6,874 bases of DNA, from the IMG/VR virus record IMGVR_UViG_2663763280_000005, positions 1 through 6,874 of that record; one strand, given 5' to 3'. Numbering within the stretch: the first letter of the stretch is position 1; every line of letters starts with the position of its first letter. This document shows positions 5,801 to 6,874 of this stretch, piece after piece. A program made the position numbers and the translations under genes. This stretch comes from a virus. Its lineage: Duplodnaviria; Heunggongvirae; Uroviricota; Caudoviricetes. The notes beneath the pieces were generated by a model, which was given only the letters and a program-made list of their open reading frames with translations, was not told the DNA's origin and did no database searches.

Positions 5801-6720
5801 ATGAGCAAAGTAAGCATACGCCACGTAATCGTTCATGAGCTCTTAAAAGAATCTAATAAAGACTTCGATCACTCCAAACCATACAATCTTCGTGATACAG
5901 AACTAGATAAAACAAATGATATAGTAAAAAAATTAGTAGACGGTGTTATTGATTTGTATGGTTCAAAAGGGAACTCAGCGCATTATGGTGTTTTTATTAA
6001 AAATAAAACAAAGCAAGGCCCTATACCAGAACTATTTCATAAATACTCTTTAGTTCAACAATCTGTTTCAAGTGATTTCATTGAATTATCGAAGGAAGTT
6101 ATGAAACAAATGTATAAATCTGCTCAAGAGCAGATTTGGGCTTCTGGAGGATATGTTGTTTTTACTGATTATATTTTATCTGGTTTCCGTTATCTATTGG
6201 TTACAATGATCAAAAAAACTAATGGCGTAACTATTAGTGAAAATTTAGAGCCAGAGGAAATGATTCACTTAGAACTTGGTAATATTAACCAAGCAGCAAA
6301 AATAAATTTCAGATATTATGAAGAATACCAAAAAGCAGATGACTTAAAAAAAACAGACTTAAGTTATCTAAGCTTTATAAGCAAAACTACGGGACAGTCA
6401 GCGGCAGCATATTTTATAGCAGCATTAGGATGTGACAAGGGGATTGCTTCAGCAGGTGCAACCCGTAAGTTACCAGATGAAATAAGGCGTTTCTTTAAGA
6501 AAGAACCTCTTTTAAAAAATCAAGCAGAGTCATTTAGAAATGATGTTATCAAATACTTAGAAAAGCAATTTGACAACGAGCACTCTGCAAGGCTTTCTGA
6601 TATCGAATCGCTTGCTTCAGGCCATATGTCCGATTTAAAAGAGGAAGAAAAAACAGAACTTGTTGATAAATTAATGAAACACCTCAATAGTGAGGAAGTC
6701 AGAATCCCATCAGAGTTCGT
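5801..6720 (+). CDS. NA37/NdpA (YejK) family nucleoid-associated protein, divergent low-GC paralog; 3' end uncertain
   Basis: From the ATG at 5801 the translation MSKVSIRHVIVHELLKE...ASGGYVVFTDYILSGFRYLLVTMIKK...YLSFISKTTGQSAAAYFIAALG aligns by eye with E. coli YejK/NdpA (MSLDINQIALHQLIKRDE...[25 protein letters not shown]...[22 protein letters not shown]). The true C-terminus is obscured, because the open frame runs through n 6723 into unrelated sequence. Confidence 0.6.
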
Positions 6721-6723
6721 AAN

Positions 6724-6873
6724 AGTAAATTGCCCTGCGACGGGTCAAAAGCATTCAGCCCCCAAATGCGTAAGTCTGGCCTGTTCCGCACTCAACTACG
6801 GGCGATTTTGCGCGCTGCCAGTTTTGGCAACGCCCAGTTGATGATCCCGATGGTTCACAGCCTCGATCAGATC
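6724..6873 (+). CDS. PEP-utilising enzyme (PTS enzyme I family) internal fragment
   Basis: Translation in the frame of the codon at 6781 gives ...[32 protein letters not shown], which resembles PtsI ...[30 protein letters not shown]. It is a family member, not PtsI itself. It runs off the window end. Confidence 0.5.
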
Positions 6874-6874
6874 T

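Noticed and set aside
1-6874. CRISPR arrays, tRNA/rRNA genes, IS elements, integrase/att sites
   Set aside because: I found no regularly spaced direct repeats, no tRNA-like cloverleaf candidates, and no transposase, integrase or terminal inverted repeats by eye. The segment joins are not flanked by mobile-element signatures.

Overview
The window reads as a composite of unrelated segments joined at abrupt mid-gene breakpoints, with runs of n at 439-456 and 6723. From left to right: an internal rpoB fragment (2-234, minus); an MFS transporter fragment (235-438, minus); an LptF/LptG-family permease pair (457-1460, plus; 5' end lost in the n run, 3' end truncated); a ~4.2 kb lambdoid/HK97-like prophage late-region segment (about 1461-5700, minus); a low-GC gene for an NA37/NdpA(YejK)-family nucleoid-associated protein (5801 to about 6720, plus); and a PtsI-like PEP-utilising enzyme fragment (6724-6873, plus). 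The prophage segment is internally coherent: holin, lambda R-type endolysin, Rz with embedded Rz1, an AT-rich moron island, HNH endonuclease, a GC-rich inverted-repeat region (candidate cos), P27-family small terminase, and only the first ~37 codons of the large terminase. The most interesting content is the moron island between Rz and HNH: a self-contained, strongly AT-rich three-gene operon (103-aa soluble protein, overlapping 128-aa two-TM membrane protein, 100-aa soluble protein) with strong ribosome-binding sites and its own intrinsic terminator. I could assign none of the three proteins to a family I recognise, so it is a candidate undescribed phage-borne accessory module (defence, abortive infection or superinfection exclusion). 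All homology statements are from reading the translations against remembered sequences; no database search was run.
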